From: a virus
Lineage: Duplodnaviria; Caudoviricetes
Length of the DNA stretch: 55,497 bases
IMG/VR virus record: IMGVR_UViG_3300047564_004158
Coordinates: 1 to 55,497 of that record
Reading direction: 5' to 3' (one strand)
Below are positions 9,601-19,259 of this stretch, in pieces (position 1 is the stretch's first letter; every line of letters starts with the position of its first letter). The notes under the pieces are model-generated. The model was not told where the DNA came from and did no database searches. It was given only the letters and a program-made list of their open reading frames with translations. Made by a program: the position numbers and the translations under genes.

Positions 9601-10612
9601 TGCTCCCTTTAGTGCAGGGTTTGATTCATCAATGATACCTAGTATATACTGTAGTACTAACGGCACTACCTGGGGGGTGAATTTAGTTAGTAGTATAGCA
9701 GGACGATTTAATTCTTGGAATCATATCGCATATACTAGATTGGGTTCGACTTTTACTATTTGGGTAAATGGAATCAGCGGAGGCACTAGTACTGCAATTG
9801 GTACAAGCAGTCTTATGACTAATTCTACAGCAGTTGCCATTGCAGCAACCGCAGCTGATGGTAACAGCCCAATGACTGGATACTTAACTGGTGTAAGGTT
9901 TATAAAAGGTACGGCACTATATACCACCGCATTTACACCACCAACGGCACCACTTACTGCCACTACCAACACAAGCATCTTACTCAACTTCACCGACGCA
10001 GCCATCCTAGACAGCACCGGGCGTCAGGTATTTGAGACTGTGGCAGACGCCAAGTCCAGTGGTGTGGTAACTAAGTTTACTGGTGGATCTATATCATTTG
10101 ATGGTACTGGGGATGCTTTAAGATTTATTCAAAGTCCATACTGGAATATAACTTCAACTACAACACACACTATTGAAGCTTGGGTATATCACACTGGAAC
10201 AACGGCTAAAACAATTTGTAGTAATTACTGGTATCAAGACGGAAGCAGTGAATATGGTTGGATGTTCCAGATACTTAACACTAGTAGTGTACTACGATTT
10301 GCAAGTGCAGCAGCAAGTTCAGTGGTAGCATCTACAACTGCTGTTCCAACAGGTGTATGGGCACATGTTGCAGCTACAATCGTCAATCTAAATGTAACTT
10401 TTTATATTAACGGTGTTAATGCAGGTGGGGGAGGTACAGTTAGTTCCATAAACTATACTAATACCATACCATCAGTCGGTGCAGCTTATTCAAATGGTGG
10501 ATTTAATAGTGGTCCATTTGTAGGATATATCAACGACCTACGCATTACACAAGGCCACGCTCGTTACACTGCCAACTTCACTCCACCAACTGCTCCACAC
10601 AGGTTAAAATAA
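6656..10612 (+). CDS. Tail fibre/adhesin: N-terminal fibre motif, IPT/TIG + Ig domains, five LamG/ConA-like domains
   Basis: Same stalk as the 3590 gene (DDTAV..GGYIKITG, TDAQNQDSPR) followed by five LamG-like cores. Confidence 0.85.
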   Translation: MVTRVPTRMITTTGVQAGSYTAADITVNEAGQITSAASNSVVVSGGGGGPKITGVAVTDNVWTALDDTAVDVLGGYIKITGSGFSSGCLVYFNQTPASSVSFISSTELRVTTGALSAGTYVVYAINTDGGVAISVPGVTFSATPGWQTASTLSDQYDGVAITLSLIASDATSYTLVSGSLPPGLSLNASTGAITGTVVGVTVDTSYTFTVRATDAQNQDSPRTFTVTITVSDPYFNRTTLLLSGSALTTNTVLRDSSTNNFNLTAYGDARASNFTPYGTGWSLYTNDRSYLTIPASSDFDVINTDFTIEFWINFEAFSTMASSGNNIAGPGLSNYASSWFVNFGGSGTTVTTLNYTVMTSLSVGTSNSFTVSLNFNTWYHVAFVRSGSGPGNFKLYINGIQQGAAQNQVTYSGAGSTMAIGSGSFIQNSTYSGNSSYFLSNFRLTKSAVYLENFTPATTPLTALENTTLLLFNQSRLINAGTNTGTITSSGYTSTRAKLISFNPFGITNTGVNGSMYFDGTTDSVRLPSNAISALPGDFTLEFWIYLISTTGNPVIYLVNATAALIIYVVSSKVVVRTFGTADLLTSVDNIQINTWTHVAVARSGSALSLWLNGSRASGGTVTYSTAFPQGEIRIATNELDAQSTNGYIADLRLIKGTAQYNPSNTAITVPTAPLTAVANTQLLTLQYDQPHNNHALLDASSNQHLITRNGNATQGSFSPFSQTGWGNYFKTGTDAITSASSSGFAFGTGNYTIEAQIYWSGSSSEFQITGSSSNNFNLYINATTIGFYDGTSGITRTTTISKNTWLYIALVRSGGSLTFYLNGSAVGSTTASSTNYSAFQLIAGRNTTAGTSWADGYISNLRISNLARTISSTPTSAYTQDANTVFLLGNTNRFLDQGVNGLALTITGTPSVVAFSPFNPTAVYNPATHGASAYFDGTGDYVTVADNPAFNFGNGDFTMECWVYPTASGSLFSKRANNATYAPFSAGFDSSMIPSIYCSTNGTTWGVNLVSSIAGRFNSWNHIAYTRLGSTFTIWVNGISGGTSTAIGTSSLMTNSTAVAIAATAADGNSPMTGYLTGVRFIKGTALYTTAFTPPTAPLTATTNTSILLNFTDAAILDSTGRQVFETVADAKSSGVVTKFTGGSISFDGTGDALRFIQSPYWNITSTTTHTIEAWVYHTGTTAKTICSNYWYQDGSSEYGWMFQILNTSSVLRFASAAASSVVASTTAVPTGVWAHVAATIVNLNVTFYINGVNAGGGGTVSSINYTNTIPSVGAAYSNGGFNSGPFVGYINDLRITQGHARYTANFTPPTAPHRLK

Positions 10613-10621
10613 GGAATAACC

Positions 10622-11536
10622 ATGACAACAAAAATAACTGATGCAAACATAGAAGCTACCGGCGTAAGTGCCGGTAGCTATACTGCAGCAGACATTACTG
10701 TTAATAGCAGTGGACAGATTACTAGTGCTAGTCAGGGTATTGGCGGATTTGGTGCACAGGGCACGCAAGGCCTACAAGGTATTAGTGGTTATGTAGGTTC
10801 TGACGGTGCGCAAGGTATACAAGGACCTGCAGGTAGTAATGGTGGAGGTATCGGAACTAGTAATTACGGCGGTGTAGGATACTTAACTTATAATTATGTA
10901 GGGGACGGTTCTACAACCACTTATGCTACTAATAGTGAAATAGCAGAGTTAGATTCAAATAATATATTAGTAACTGAAAACGGTATCTTACAAGTACCTA
11001 CAATTGATTATACAGTTGTAAATACAAATGTAATATTTACTACAGCGCCAGCTTTAAGCAATAATATTCAAATAAGAGTACTTGGCCTTAGAGGGTTACA
11101 AGGTATAACTGGTTTGCAAGGTATAGTAGGCACACAAGGTGTACAAGGCTTAAGCGGTCAATTTGCTGGGCAAGGTGTCCAAGGAGTTCAAGGGGTACAA
11201 GGACTATCTTCACAGCTAGAAAGGCATTATAATGTGCCTGGTATAGTGGCTGTTTCAACCGGAAGTAGTAGATGGTGGATTCAAAGCAATATTTTAATTA
11301 CTCAACTAAGAGCTCAGGTTACAATAGCACCCACAGGTACAGGCATAATAATAAATGTAAATAAGAATGGTAGTCAAATAGCACAATTAAGTATAGCAGC
11401 TACTACTAATTCTATAGAATCTGCTGTAAATATATTCGCCGCAAAAGACGATTACTTTACTGTTGATGTAATACAAAAGGGTAGTATTATTGCTGGCTCA
11501 GACCTGGTTATTAGTTTTTTATACAGAAGGACATAA
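10622..11536 (+). CDS. Collagen-like fibre/decoration protein
   Basis: Shared N-terminal fibre motif, QG.QG repeats, GDGSTTTY...IQIRVLG module, beta-rich C-terminus. Confidence 0.75.
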   Translation: MTTKITDANIEATGVSAGSYTAADITVNSSGQITSASQGIGGFGAQGTQGLQGISGYVGSDGAQGIQGPAGSNGGGIGTSNYGGVGYLTYNYVGDGSTTTYATNSEIAELDSNNILVTENGILQVPTIDYTVVNTNVIFTTAPALSNNIQIRVLGLRGLQGITGLQGIVGTQGVQGLSGQFAGQGVQGVQGVQGLSSQLERHYNVPGIVAVSTGSSRWWIQSNILITQLRAQVTIAPTGTGIIINVNKNGSQIAQLSIAATTNSIESAVNIFAAKDDYFTVDVIQKGSIIAGSDLVISFLYRRT

Positions 11537-11743
11537 ATGTTTACTACAAATTTTGAAAATGGTGTATTAACTGTAATTAAGGATACGAATATAATTATAG
11601 TTCAACCATTTAAACCAACTTCTACTGGTATACAACAATCTTGGGCATATGAACAAGAGGCTATTGAATGGTGGAATAGCATCAAACATTTATATGACTA
11701 TGAATTACCAACAGAAACTGTAGAATCTACACCTAATAACTAA
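11537..11743 (+). CDS. Small hypothetical protein
   Basis: 68 aa with AAGGA SD upstream, abutting the previous gene. Confidence 0.55.
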   Translation: MFTTNFENGVLTVIKDTNIIIVQPFKPTSTGIQQSWAYEQEAIEWWNSIKHLYDYELPTETVESTPNN

Positions 11744-11753
11744 TGGATAAATT

Positions 11754-14036
11754 ATGGCACTAATACATCGCTCAAAAACACAATATAACTTCCCATTAGT
11801 ATGGGTTGATCCAGATACTACAAAAAATAGGGTTTGGATAGACGGATTCGCCTACAACTATACCGCACTAGCGCCAAACGCATTAGATAGATTTTACTGG
11901 CAAACTAGAAACAATGTTAGAAATACTAGTAGTACTATAGATTTTGATGACTACGTTCCCGTTCAAACAGGAAATTTAGATGGTAATACGTGGACAAGCA
12001 GTAATAATGTTGCCTATGCTTGCCCGGGTTTATTCGATAATTGGATACTTAGTTTAGATTATCAAAATTATAAACCAACTAGAAACTGGCGTAGTGCCGG
12101 CGGTTTAACCATACTTACATACCCCAGAACTAGTAATGCTACGCAGCAATATGGTGATTGGTGGATTGGTGAAGATATGGTTGATAGAGCGCAAGCATAT
12201 CGCACAGAAGACTCGGCCTATTACGTTCACATATACGAACAAACAGAAAATATCAGTTTTACAGCAGAATCTTGGAGTTATAGTGGCACTACTATTACAG
12301 TAACCAAAACAAATCATGGATTATATTTTGGAGATGTAGTTACTATTAGTGGTATGACAGCAACTACAAATGCTCCTCAAGGAACTTATTTTATAGCTAC
12401 AGTTCCTAATAATAACAGTTTTACATTTACTGCGTTATTAACACCAACAGGAACCGCTGGTGGGACAGTAACTGTTACAGGAACTACTAGACGTGGTTGG
12501 GGATTAGAACATGAGGGACAAAGGGCTACATATGCAACTAGCGGCATGTCCGTTAGCATAATTCAAGGCTACGACAACGTTTATAATGATAATGACGCAA
12601 CCGTTGACACAGCATTAAAAAATACGGCCGCTCGTAGTAGACCATATTTTGATCAAAAAACTCTAGGTGGCGGCTGGAAATTTTTTCTAGGAATTGATAG
12701 TCAATATTTTTGGGTTGTAAAAACCGAAGCTATAAATAATTTTGATTATTCAGTATTAAAATATGATATGACATCCGGAACAGGTACAGAAACTACTGTA
12801 CTAGCTGCTACAACCGTTACAACACCCCTAGCTAATGTTATACCAAATATACCTAGTAATTTGCGCCATGATTCAAGCAGTAGAAAAGTATTTTATAGTA
12901 GTCACTTTAATACTACTGAATTAGCTCCGCTAAGGTTAGTTTGGGACAAAGATAGTGGTACTATAACTTCATCTGTCTGTACCATAACATACCCAGACAC
13001 CTATAATTTTAGCACATATTCTGCATTACCAACGGCTAATAATTTTAATAGTTTTGGTTATAATAATTGGTGGATTAAAGCACATCAGTTTACTAAAAAT
13101 AATACTAATTATATAACGTTCTGTACGCTAGATAAATATATCTATGCTAATAGCGCAAGATTTCCAACTAGAAAGGCAAGAACTTGGTTAACATTTTCTG
13201 TAGGTGGAGGAACTGCAGATAATAGTTTAACTTTTCATAGCGCGCTAACGTTTGAAACTACTAACACATTTCCTATGGGCTGGGTTCCCTACAATAGTAC
13301 GGGCACAAAATTAGCAATATTTAATAACATTGGTTCAGGTATATGGGAATTTAACGATACAACGTTTGATGCTGATAGTTGGACATATACAACAATTAAT
13401 AATACATTATCAAGAGTAGTAGTAACAAAAACAAACCATGGGCTAACAGTAGGTACTACTATTACTACTGCAGGAACTGCTAATACAACAACTAATTCAC
13501 CTATTGGCCAATATATTATTAGCGAAGTAATCTCTGCCAATGAATTTGTATTTATTGCAGATGCAAATAATACCGGAGTAATTACCGGTACAGCCACGGG
13601 AACACTAAATATTAGAACAGGTTGGCAACTTAATTTCCAAACCTCACTTAGAGCTCGCGGATATGGTGTAGATAATTCCGGTAGACTGTGGATAGGAACT
13701 AGAATAACTGGCACCGGTAGAATGGAAGCTCATGTTATTGGAGAAACTGTTCCGGCCACTATTGATATAAAATTAAGCAGTCCAGCAGCAAATACTTTTA
13801 ATAAATATATTTATACTAGTGGAGACGAAAATACAAATATACTTGTAAATGTTTATGATTATATGAATAATCGTGTAAGTAAACCAGTTATATTAACCAT
13901 TAAAAGTAATAATGTTACTTTTACAGGTGGAGCTACTACTATTAAAATTACAAGTAGTGCCTCCCAAGATACTAGTGTACCGATTATAGTTAAAAGTGTT
14001 GGACAAACACTTATTACAGCTACGGCAGGTGTATAA
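11754..14036 (+). CDS. Virion structural protein, paralog 1 of a triplicated beta-rich family, with two inserted 'VTKTNHGL' domains
   Basis: Shares DPD..KNR..ID, PSN.RH..RKVFY, CTITYP and YG.D..GR motifs with the next two large genes. Confidence 0.7.
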   Translation: MALIHRSKTQYNFPLVWVDPDTTKNRVWIDGFAYNYTALAPNALDRFYWQTRNNVRNTSSTIDFDDYVPVQTGNLDGNTWTSSNNVAYACPGLFDNWILSLDYQNYKPTRNWRSAGGLTILTYPRTSNATQQYGDWWIGEDMVDRAQAYRTEDSAYYVHIYEQTENISFTAESWSYSGTTITVTKTNHGLYFGDVVTISGMTATTNAPQGTYFIATVPNNNSFTFTALLTPTGTAGGTVTVTGTTRRGWGLEHEGQRATYATSGMSVSIIQGYDNVYNDNDATVDTALKNTAARSRPYFDQKTLGGGWKFFLGIDSQYFWVVKTEAINNFDYSVLKYDMTSGTGTETTVLAATTVTTPLANVIPNIPSNLRHDSSSRKVFYSSHFNTTELAPLRLVWDKDSGTITSSVCTITYPDTYNFSTYSALPTANNFNSFGYNNWWIKAHQFTKNNTNYITFCTLDKYIYANSARFPTRKARTWLTFSVGGGTADNSLTFHSALTFETTNTFPMGWVPYNSTGTKLAIFNNIGSGIWEFNDTTFDADSWTYTTINNTLSRVVVTKTNHGLTVGTTITTAGTANTTTNSPIGQYIISEVISANEFVFIADANNTGVITGTATGTLNIRTGWQLNFQTSLRARGYGVDNSGRLWIGTRITGTGRMEAHVIGETVPATIDIKLSSPAANTFNKYIYTSGDENTNILVNVYDYMNNRVSKPVILTIKSNNVTFTGGATTIKITSSASQDTSVPIIVKSVGQTLITATAGV

Positions 14037-15811
14037 TGACAGCTAGAATAATTGCTTATAGTAAGTACGATGCTAGATGGAATTGGGTAGTAGAAGATCC
14101 AGATAGATCAAAAAATAGAATATTTATTGATAACGTAGCATTTGATACTAATACTCTTAGGGCTAGACCATTAGAACAATGGGCAGTTCAGGATAGTGCT
14201 AATACTGCTAGAACTATTACACCTAACTGGAATACTCTAATACCTATCACTACTAATGGCAAATTTCAGTCAGTGTATGCTACATCTGCTACTACAGATA
14301 ATGTTGCCTATCCAGGACACTTTGATTCATTTATCTGTTCCTTGGATTATGAAAATTATCCTGGTTTACAAAATGTTAAAGGCTCAAACGATGTAGCAAG
14401 TGCTCATGTGTTCCAAGATTACGGTGCTGCAGGTACGCGTGGTGTTCTTTGGAAAGCTTCTAATTTTAATCAAGGCAGTCATTATTATGTTGTACAATCA
14501 CCCCCTACCGTAGTTAATTTCTGGGAAGATCCAGAATTACCAGGCGAATTTTATGCTTTACAATTAAACGCACAAGGTACTTCAGGTGGAAGTTTTATAG
14601 GTAAAAATAAAGTGTTAGTTGCTACAGCATTAACATTTACCACTAATATGACTGGCAGTACTAACAGTTTTTTCTTTGTTGGTATAAATAACGATAAAAC
14701 TGCTACGTTTTGCAGTGTAAACGGAAATACGCAAGATATTGTATTTTATAACTGTAATAAAGAAGGTAACGTAGATATATTTAAAACCTTTTTACATCCA
14801 GGTTGGCCAATTAATCATTATCAATGGCCTAGCAATATTAGACATGCTTCAGCTACTAGAAAAGTATTTTATCAAGGTGGCTGGGATAGACATCCACTTG
14901 ATGAATTAAAACAAGCATTCTTTACTAGATTTGAATGGAATCCGGTTACTAAAACTATAGTAGAAACACCGTGTACAATTACATATCCATCAGGAAAAAC
15001 CCATAGAGACTTTCAACGTTGTGTTCAATTTATTGCAGCTAATCATAGTGCTAATAGAAATGTTTGGTATTATAAGCCACATCAATTTACTGTTAATGGA
15101 ACCACATATTTAACTTATATGTTTATTGATAGGTCTAATCATTCTAATATTAATCTTAGAAGTTGGGCTGGCGGCAGAAATAGACAAAATACTTGGGTAA
15201 CTTTTACTGTTGGTAGTGGTACAAACGATAATCAATTAACTTATCACAGTACTTTTACATTTCAAGGCATGCGTAAATTTCCAATATTTCATATGCCTAT
15301 AGATCAAGTTGGTAATAGATTATTAATAGGGCTTCAGGACAAAGTATGTACGCTTACATTCGATGTTGAAAATGGATGGTTTGATCATGATGTTGAAAAT
15401 ATAGCTGCAAGATCTGTTGCAGTAGATAGCACCGGACGAATATTGTTGTCAAGCTCTAGTAGCTCTAATACTATACTTGACACGGCCTATACATATGGAC
15501 AAAGCCAAGGTTCTGCTACAATTTGGGAATATATACCAAGCACACCACTGTATATAGATTGCAAGTTAGAAAATAATAGTTTTATTTATACAGGAAGTAA
15601 TTTAAATACTAATATTATTTTAAGTGTTAAAAATCCTATAACAAATACTAAAGTAGCTAAATCAATTAGATTAACTATTAATGGTAGTACTGCAGTTTTT
15701 GATGATGGCAGCATTAGTAAAATAGTACAAACATCTACCTCTACAGCAGTTAATGTACCTATTATTATTACAGGAGCAGGCAGCCCGACTATAGCTGCTA
15801 GTTACGTATGA
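14036..15811 (+). CDS. Virion structural protein, paralog 2 (no inserted domain)
   Basis: EDPDRSKNRIFID, PSNIRH..RKVFY, CTITYP, KPHQFT and VDSTGR motifs. Confidence 0.7.
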   Translation: MTARIIAYSKYDARWNWVVEDPDRSKNRIFIDNVAFDTNTLRARPLEQWAVQDSANTARTITPNWNTLIPITTNGKFQSVYATSATTDNVAYPGHFDSFICSLDYENYPGLQNVKGSNDVASAHVFQDYGAAGTRGVLWKASNFNQGSHYYVVQSPPTVVNFWEDPELPGEFYALQLNAQGTSGGSFIGKNKVLVATALTFTTNMTGSTNSFFFVGINNDKTATFCSVNGNTQDIVFYNCNKEGNVDIFKTFLHPGWPINHYQWPSNIRHASATRKVFYQGGWDRHPLDELKQAFFTRFEWNPVTKTIVETPCTITYPSGKTHRDFQRCVQFIAANHSANRNVWYYKPHQFTVNGTTYLTYMFIDRSNHSNINLRSWAGGRNRQNTWVTFTVGSGTNDNQLTYHSTFTFQGMRKFPIFHMPIDQVGNRLLIGLQDKVCTLTFDVENGWFDHDVENIAARSVAVDSTGRILLSSSSSSNTILDTAYTYGQSQGSATIWEYIPSTPLYIDCKLENNSFIYTGSNLNTNIILSVKNPITNTKVAKSIRLTINGSTAVFDDGSISKIVQTSTSTAVNVPIIITGAGSPTIAASYV

Positions 15812-16200
15812 CACAATTAAATAATTACGTAAATTTAAACACCTATTCAGCTATTTCTGAAAACTTTAATAGTTTAACTAAGGCAACATCTGATATAAAT
15901 ACCCAGGAGCCAATTAGTTATGCAATAATAGCAGATTTTCAATTCTACTGTATTGGTTTTAAAAATGTATACAAGGTGATAAATACTATTAACACTAGTA
16001 ATTTAAATGAGCAAATATCAGAACAATTGTTAAATAGAAATACTAGTCTAATTGAAATATCTCAGTATAAATCAGATCAAGAGGCTTATAATTTAGCTAA
16101 TAATTTGGTGCAATTAAATGCATATACTTCAGACGATCAAGAAATAGTCCCAGCTGTTAGTGTTACTACTGGTCTAAATATAGTTTCATATTGGAGCTAA
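15808..16200 (+). CDS. Hypothetical protein
   Basis: 130 aa, ATGA overlap with the upstream stop. Confidence 0.55.
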   Translation: MTQLNNYVNLNTYSAISENFNSLTKATSDINTQEPISYAIIADFQFYCIGFKNVYKVINTINTSNLNEQISEQLLNRNTSLIEISQYKSDQEAYNLANNLVQLNAYTSDDQEIVPAVSVTTGLNIVSYWS

Positions 16201-16202
16201 AC

Positions 16203-18587
16203 ATGCCAAAAATAATTGCATTAAAAAATGCTCAGTTATATGGGTATATTATTGAAGATCCAGACACTTCTAAAAATAGAATCTTTATAGATAATAAAGC
16301 ATATAAATTGACTGACTTAACGCCAGAATCTAAACAAATATTCGCATTTACACCAGTAGTAGAAACAGTTACAGTAACAGAAAGTCCTGATCATAGAGAG
16401 TTTCCAGTAATTATTACTCAAGGTAAGCACGGAAATACTTTAGGTAATACTCGTACTCAATGGCAAGGCAAACTAGGCGTTTCAGATCCGTGGCTATGCT
16501 ATCTAGATTATACTTTTAATAGTAATAGATCCTTTATAGACACGAAACAGTCTGAATATTTAGCTTTAGTTTATCCAAGAGATTTGAGTACAACAGATAT
16601 TAGGGCAGATATGTGGTTAGGTTATGACATGTCACGAGGCCCTAGCTATCGTGCTACTACATTGTCCCAATTAATTACTCCAATATATTTACGGGATGAT
16701 GGATTTTGGATAGGGTTAGATCAAAATCACACAAGTAGTTCAATAGTACTCTATAGATTAAGCGTTGCAGGAGTATCTACAACTGTTTTAAGAACACCAA
16801 CTAACACACAACATTTTGTACTTGGAGCAGATAAAACAGGCTCTGTTCATTTTTTAGAGGTAGCTGCAACTACAAATAATTATACATTTTTTAAAACTGG
16901 TTATGATGTAGTATCACAAACTTTTGGACCAATAACAGATGGATTAAATGGTGTAATTGATCAATACCCAAGCAATTTTAAAAATCCGACAACTACAACT
17001 AAAGTATTTTATAGCAGTCATTATAATGCTTCTAGTATTTTAGCACCGCTGTGTTTTACATGGGATTCTATTAGTGGTACTATAAGTTGTAATAAATGTA
17101 CTATTACGTACCCAGGAGCAAATACGTATAATACCTATAGTTCTATTTGTACAAACAGCAATTATGCAGCTACAGCAAATAATTTATGGTGGATAAAACC
17201 ACATGTATTTTTACATAATGGTACCTATTACATAACTTTTATAGTAACAGAGAAAAGTATACCTTATTTTCCAACAGAAAGATGGAACGCAAATCAAACA
17301 CAGAGAACTTGGATAACTTATTCTATAAGCTCAACTGATGATACACAATTAACTTTTCATAGTGTTATTAACTGGACGTTATGGTCAGACTTACCAAGGG
17401 CTTGGGTGCCAATTAATAATTCAGGAAATAAACTATTAGCTTTTCAAACTGGTAAAACTACAGAACTAACATTTGATGCAACAAGTGGCTGGGTAGAATC
17501 ATTTACACAAAATATAGATGTTAGATCTTATGGAATAGATAGTACTGGCAGGGTATACTTAATAACTAGATCTAATGCTGTCGCCGCCTGGAATAGTACA
17601 ACAGCCGATACTTGGTCTGGTGATGGGTGTAATACTCTTTATGTATACGAGCCAAATATATCAGATAACTTAATAGGTATAACAGAACAATCTAACTATA
17701 ACTATACTGGAACAACTATAAATACTAATTTAATAGTAAACTCCAATAATAAAAATCCATTGAATTCAATAGGTAAATTTACTATAGATAGTACTTTGAC
17801 TCCATTTGGATTAAATAATGGATTTAGCTATAGTTTTGATGGCAGTACTGCTAGAGTATATGGAAAAAATACAGAAGATTTTAATTTTTATACAGATAAT
17901 TTTACTATAGAATTTTTTATATTAAGTCATATAGCTTGGTCAAGTCAAACTAATTTATGCGGTATTGTAGGCCACAAATCTACAGACGCGAATTTAGGTT
18001 GGCAGATTTATAGAAATAATACTAACGCAAATAAAATGTGTCTTAGATATGCTGGTACTAATGATTTTTATTCTACCCTAGACGTAAGTACAGGTAGCTG
18101 GGATCACTGGGCATTAGTTAGATTAGGTAATACATTATCTTGGTATAAAAATGGAATAGCAGCAGGTACTACCACATTTACTGGGACTATTTGGGATAAA
18201 GAAGCTATAGTTATGTTAGGGTATAATCAGGCTTCAACAATTTATTTTAATGGTAGATTAAGCAATATACGCGTACATAAAGGTGTAGCACTATATACTG
18301 GAGAATTTGTATTGCCCACTGCTACGCTAACAGAAGTACAAACAAGTAATACAAATATTACTGCAAGTATTCTAGGTCAGTGTAAGCTTTTAACAGCATG
18401 TACTAATAAGCTAGAAGATATTGCTAATAATACTAGTATAACTACTAAATTAAAAATAGTGGGAACTAGCGTTACTTTTGATGATGCTACCAATGAGAAA
18501 ATAATTACCACAACCGCAGGAACAGTTTCAGTACCTATAAAAATTATAGGCAAAGATGAATCTTTTGTACTGGCTTGTACACCATAA
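16203..18587 (+). CDS. Virion structural protein, paralog 3, with an inserted LamG domain
   Basis: Start moved to ATG 16203 (GGAG SD at 16193). EDPDTSKNRIFID motif; LamG-like FDG...FTIEF...WDHWALVR...SNIR near the C-terminus. Confidence 0.7.
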   Translation: MPKIIALKNAQLYGYIIEDPDTSKNRIFIDNKAYKLTDLTPESKQIFAFTPVVETVTVTESPDHREFPVIITQGKHGNTLGNTRTQWQGKLGVSDPWLCYLDYTFNSNRSFIDTKQSEYLALVYPRDLSTTDIRADMWLGYDMSRGPSYRATTLSQLITPIYLRDDGFWIGLDQNHTSSSIVLYRLSVAGVSTTVLRTPTNTQHFVLGADKTGSVHFLEVAATTNNYTFFKTGYDVVSQTFGPITDGLNGVIDQYPSNFKNPTTTTKVFYSSHYNASSILAPLCFTWDSISGTISCNKCTITYPGANTYNTYSSICTNSNYAATANNLWWIKPHVFLHNGTYYITFIVTEKSIPYFPTERWNANQTQRTWITYSISSTDDTQLTFHSVINWTLWSDLPRAWVPINNSGNKLLAFQTGKTTELTFDATSGWVESFTQNIDVRSYGIDSTGRVYLITRSNAVAAWNSTTADTWSGDGCNTLYVYEPNISDNLIGITEQSNYNYTGTTINTNLIVNSNNKNPLNSIGKFTIDSTLTPFGLNNGFSYSFDGSTARVYGKNTEDFNFYTDNFTIEFFILSHIAWSSQTNLCGIVGHKSTDANLGWQIYRNNTNANKMCLRYAGTNDFYSTLDVSTGSWDHWALVRLGNTLSWYKNGIAAGTTTFTGTIWDKEAIVMLGYNQASTIYFNGRLSNIRVHKGVALYTGEFVLPTATLTEVQTSNTNITASILGQCKLLTACTNKLEDIANNTSITTKLKIVGTSVTFDDATNEKIITTTAGTVSVPIKIIGKDESFVLACTP

Positions 18588-18600
18588 TAAAGGTAATATA

Positions 18601-19242
18601 ATGACAACAAAAATTACCTCAAATAATATAAGTAATAGCGGAGTCAATAGTGGAAACTATATTAATCCTATATTAACTATAAATTCATCAGGTATAATTA
18701 CTACTTCTACTGTAGGATATTTAATTCCTGTTTTAAGTGATCCAGTAATATTAGCGGATGCAAATTGGAATCCTGTAGAAGATACAACTGCTAATACTAT
18801 AACTGCTAGATTAATTATTACCGGTACAAATTTTTCATCATCTGGTACAGTAGCACAAATAAGTAAAAATACTACAGACAATACAATTATTACAGCTGCT
18901 AGTACAACATTTTTAACATATACCATATTATTGTCTCAGACGGCTCAAGCAAACGCAAATACTTTAATCTTTTCTAACACGTCTAATTTATCAATTGGTA
19001 TGGAGGTATATGGAAATGCAAATATACCTTCAGAAACTATTATTACCTCTATTAATGGTAATCAGATAACTATAAGTAAAAATTTATTAAGTGCTATTAA
19101 CAGCGGGCAAAATATTACCTTTAGAAATACTGATAAATTAGCTTCTATATTTAATAATGTATCTAGTGGTACTTATCATTTAACTTTAATTAATGCTACA
19201 GGTGCCAGAGCCACCAAAATTAATTATGTAACTTTTGCTTGA
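18601..19242 (+). CDS. Short fibre protein (N-terminal motif + IPT-like domain only)
   Basis: Start moved to ATG 18601 (MTTKITSNN, AAGGT SD). Collinear with the first ~200 aa of the 19260 gene. Confidence 0.7.
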   Translation: MTTKITSNNISNSGVNSGNYINPILTINSSGIITTSTVGYLIPVLSDPVILADANWNPVEDTTANTITARLIITGTNFSSSGTVAQISKNTTDNTIITAASTTFLTYTILLSQTAQANANTLIFSNTSNLSIGMEVYGNANIPSETIITSINGNQITISKNLLSAINSGQNITFRNTDKLASIFNNVSSGTYHLTLINATGARATKINYVTFA

Positions 19243-19259
19243 TATTACAGGTATAGTAT

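Noticed and set aside
3590-10612. Diversity-generating retroelement acting on the fibre genes
   Set aside because: No reverse transcriptase and no near-identical TR/VR pair differing only at adenines was seen in the window; the repeats are diverged paralogous domains.
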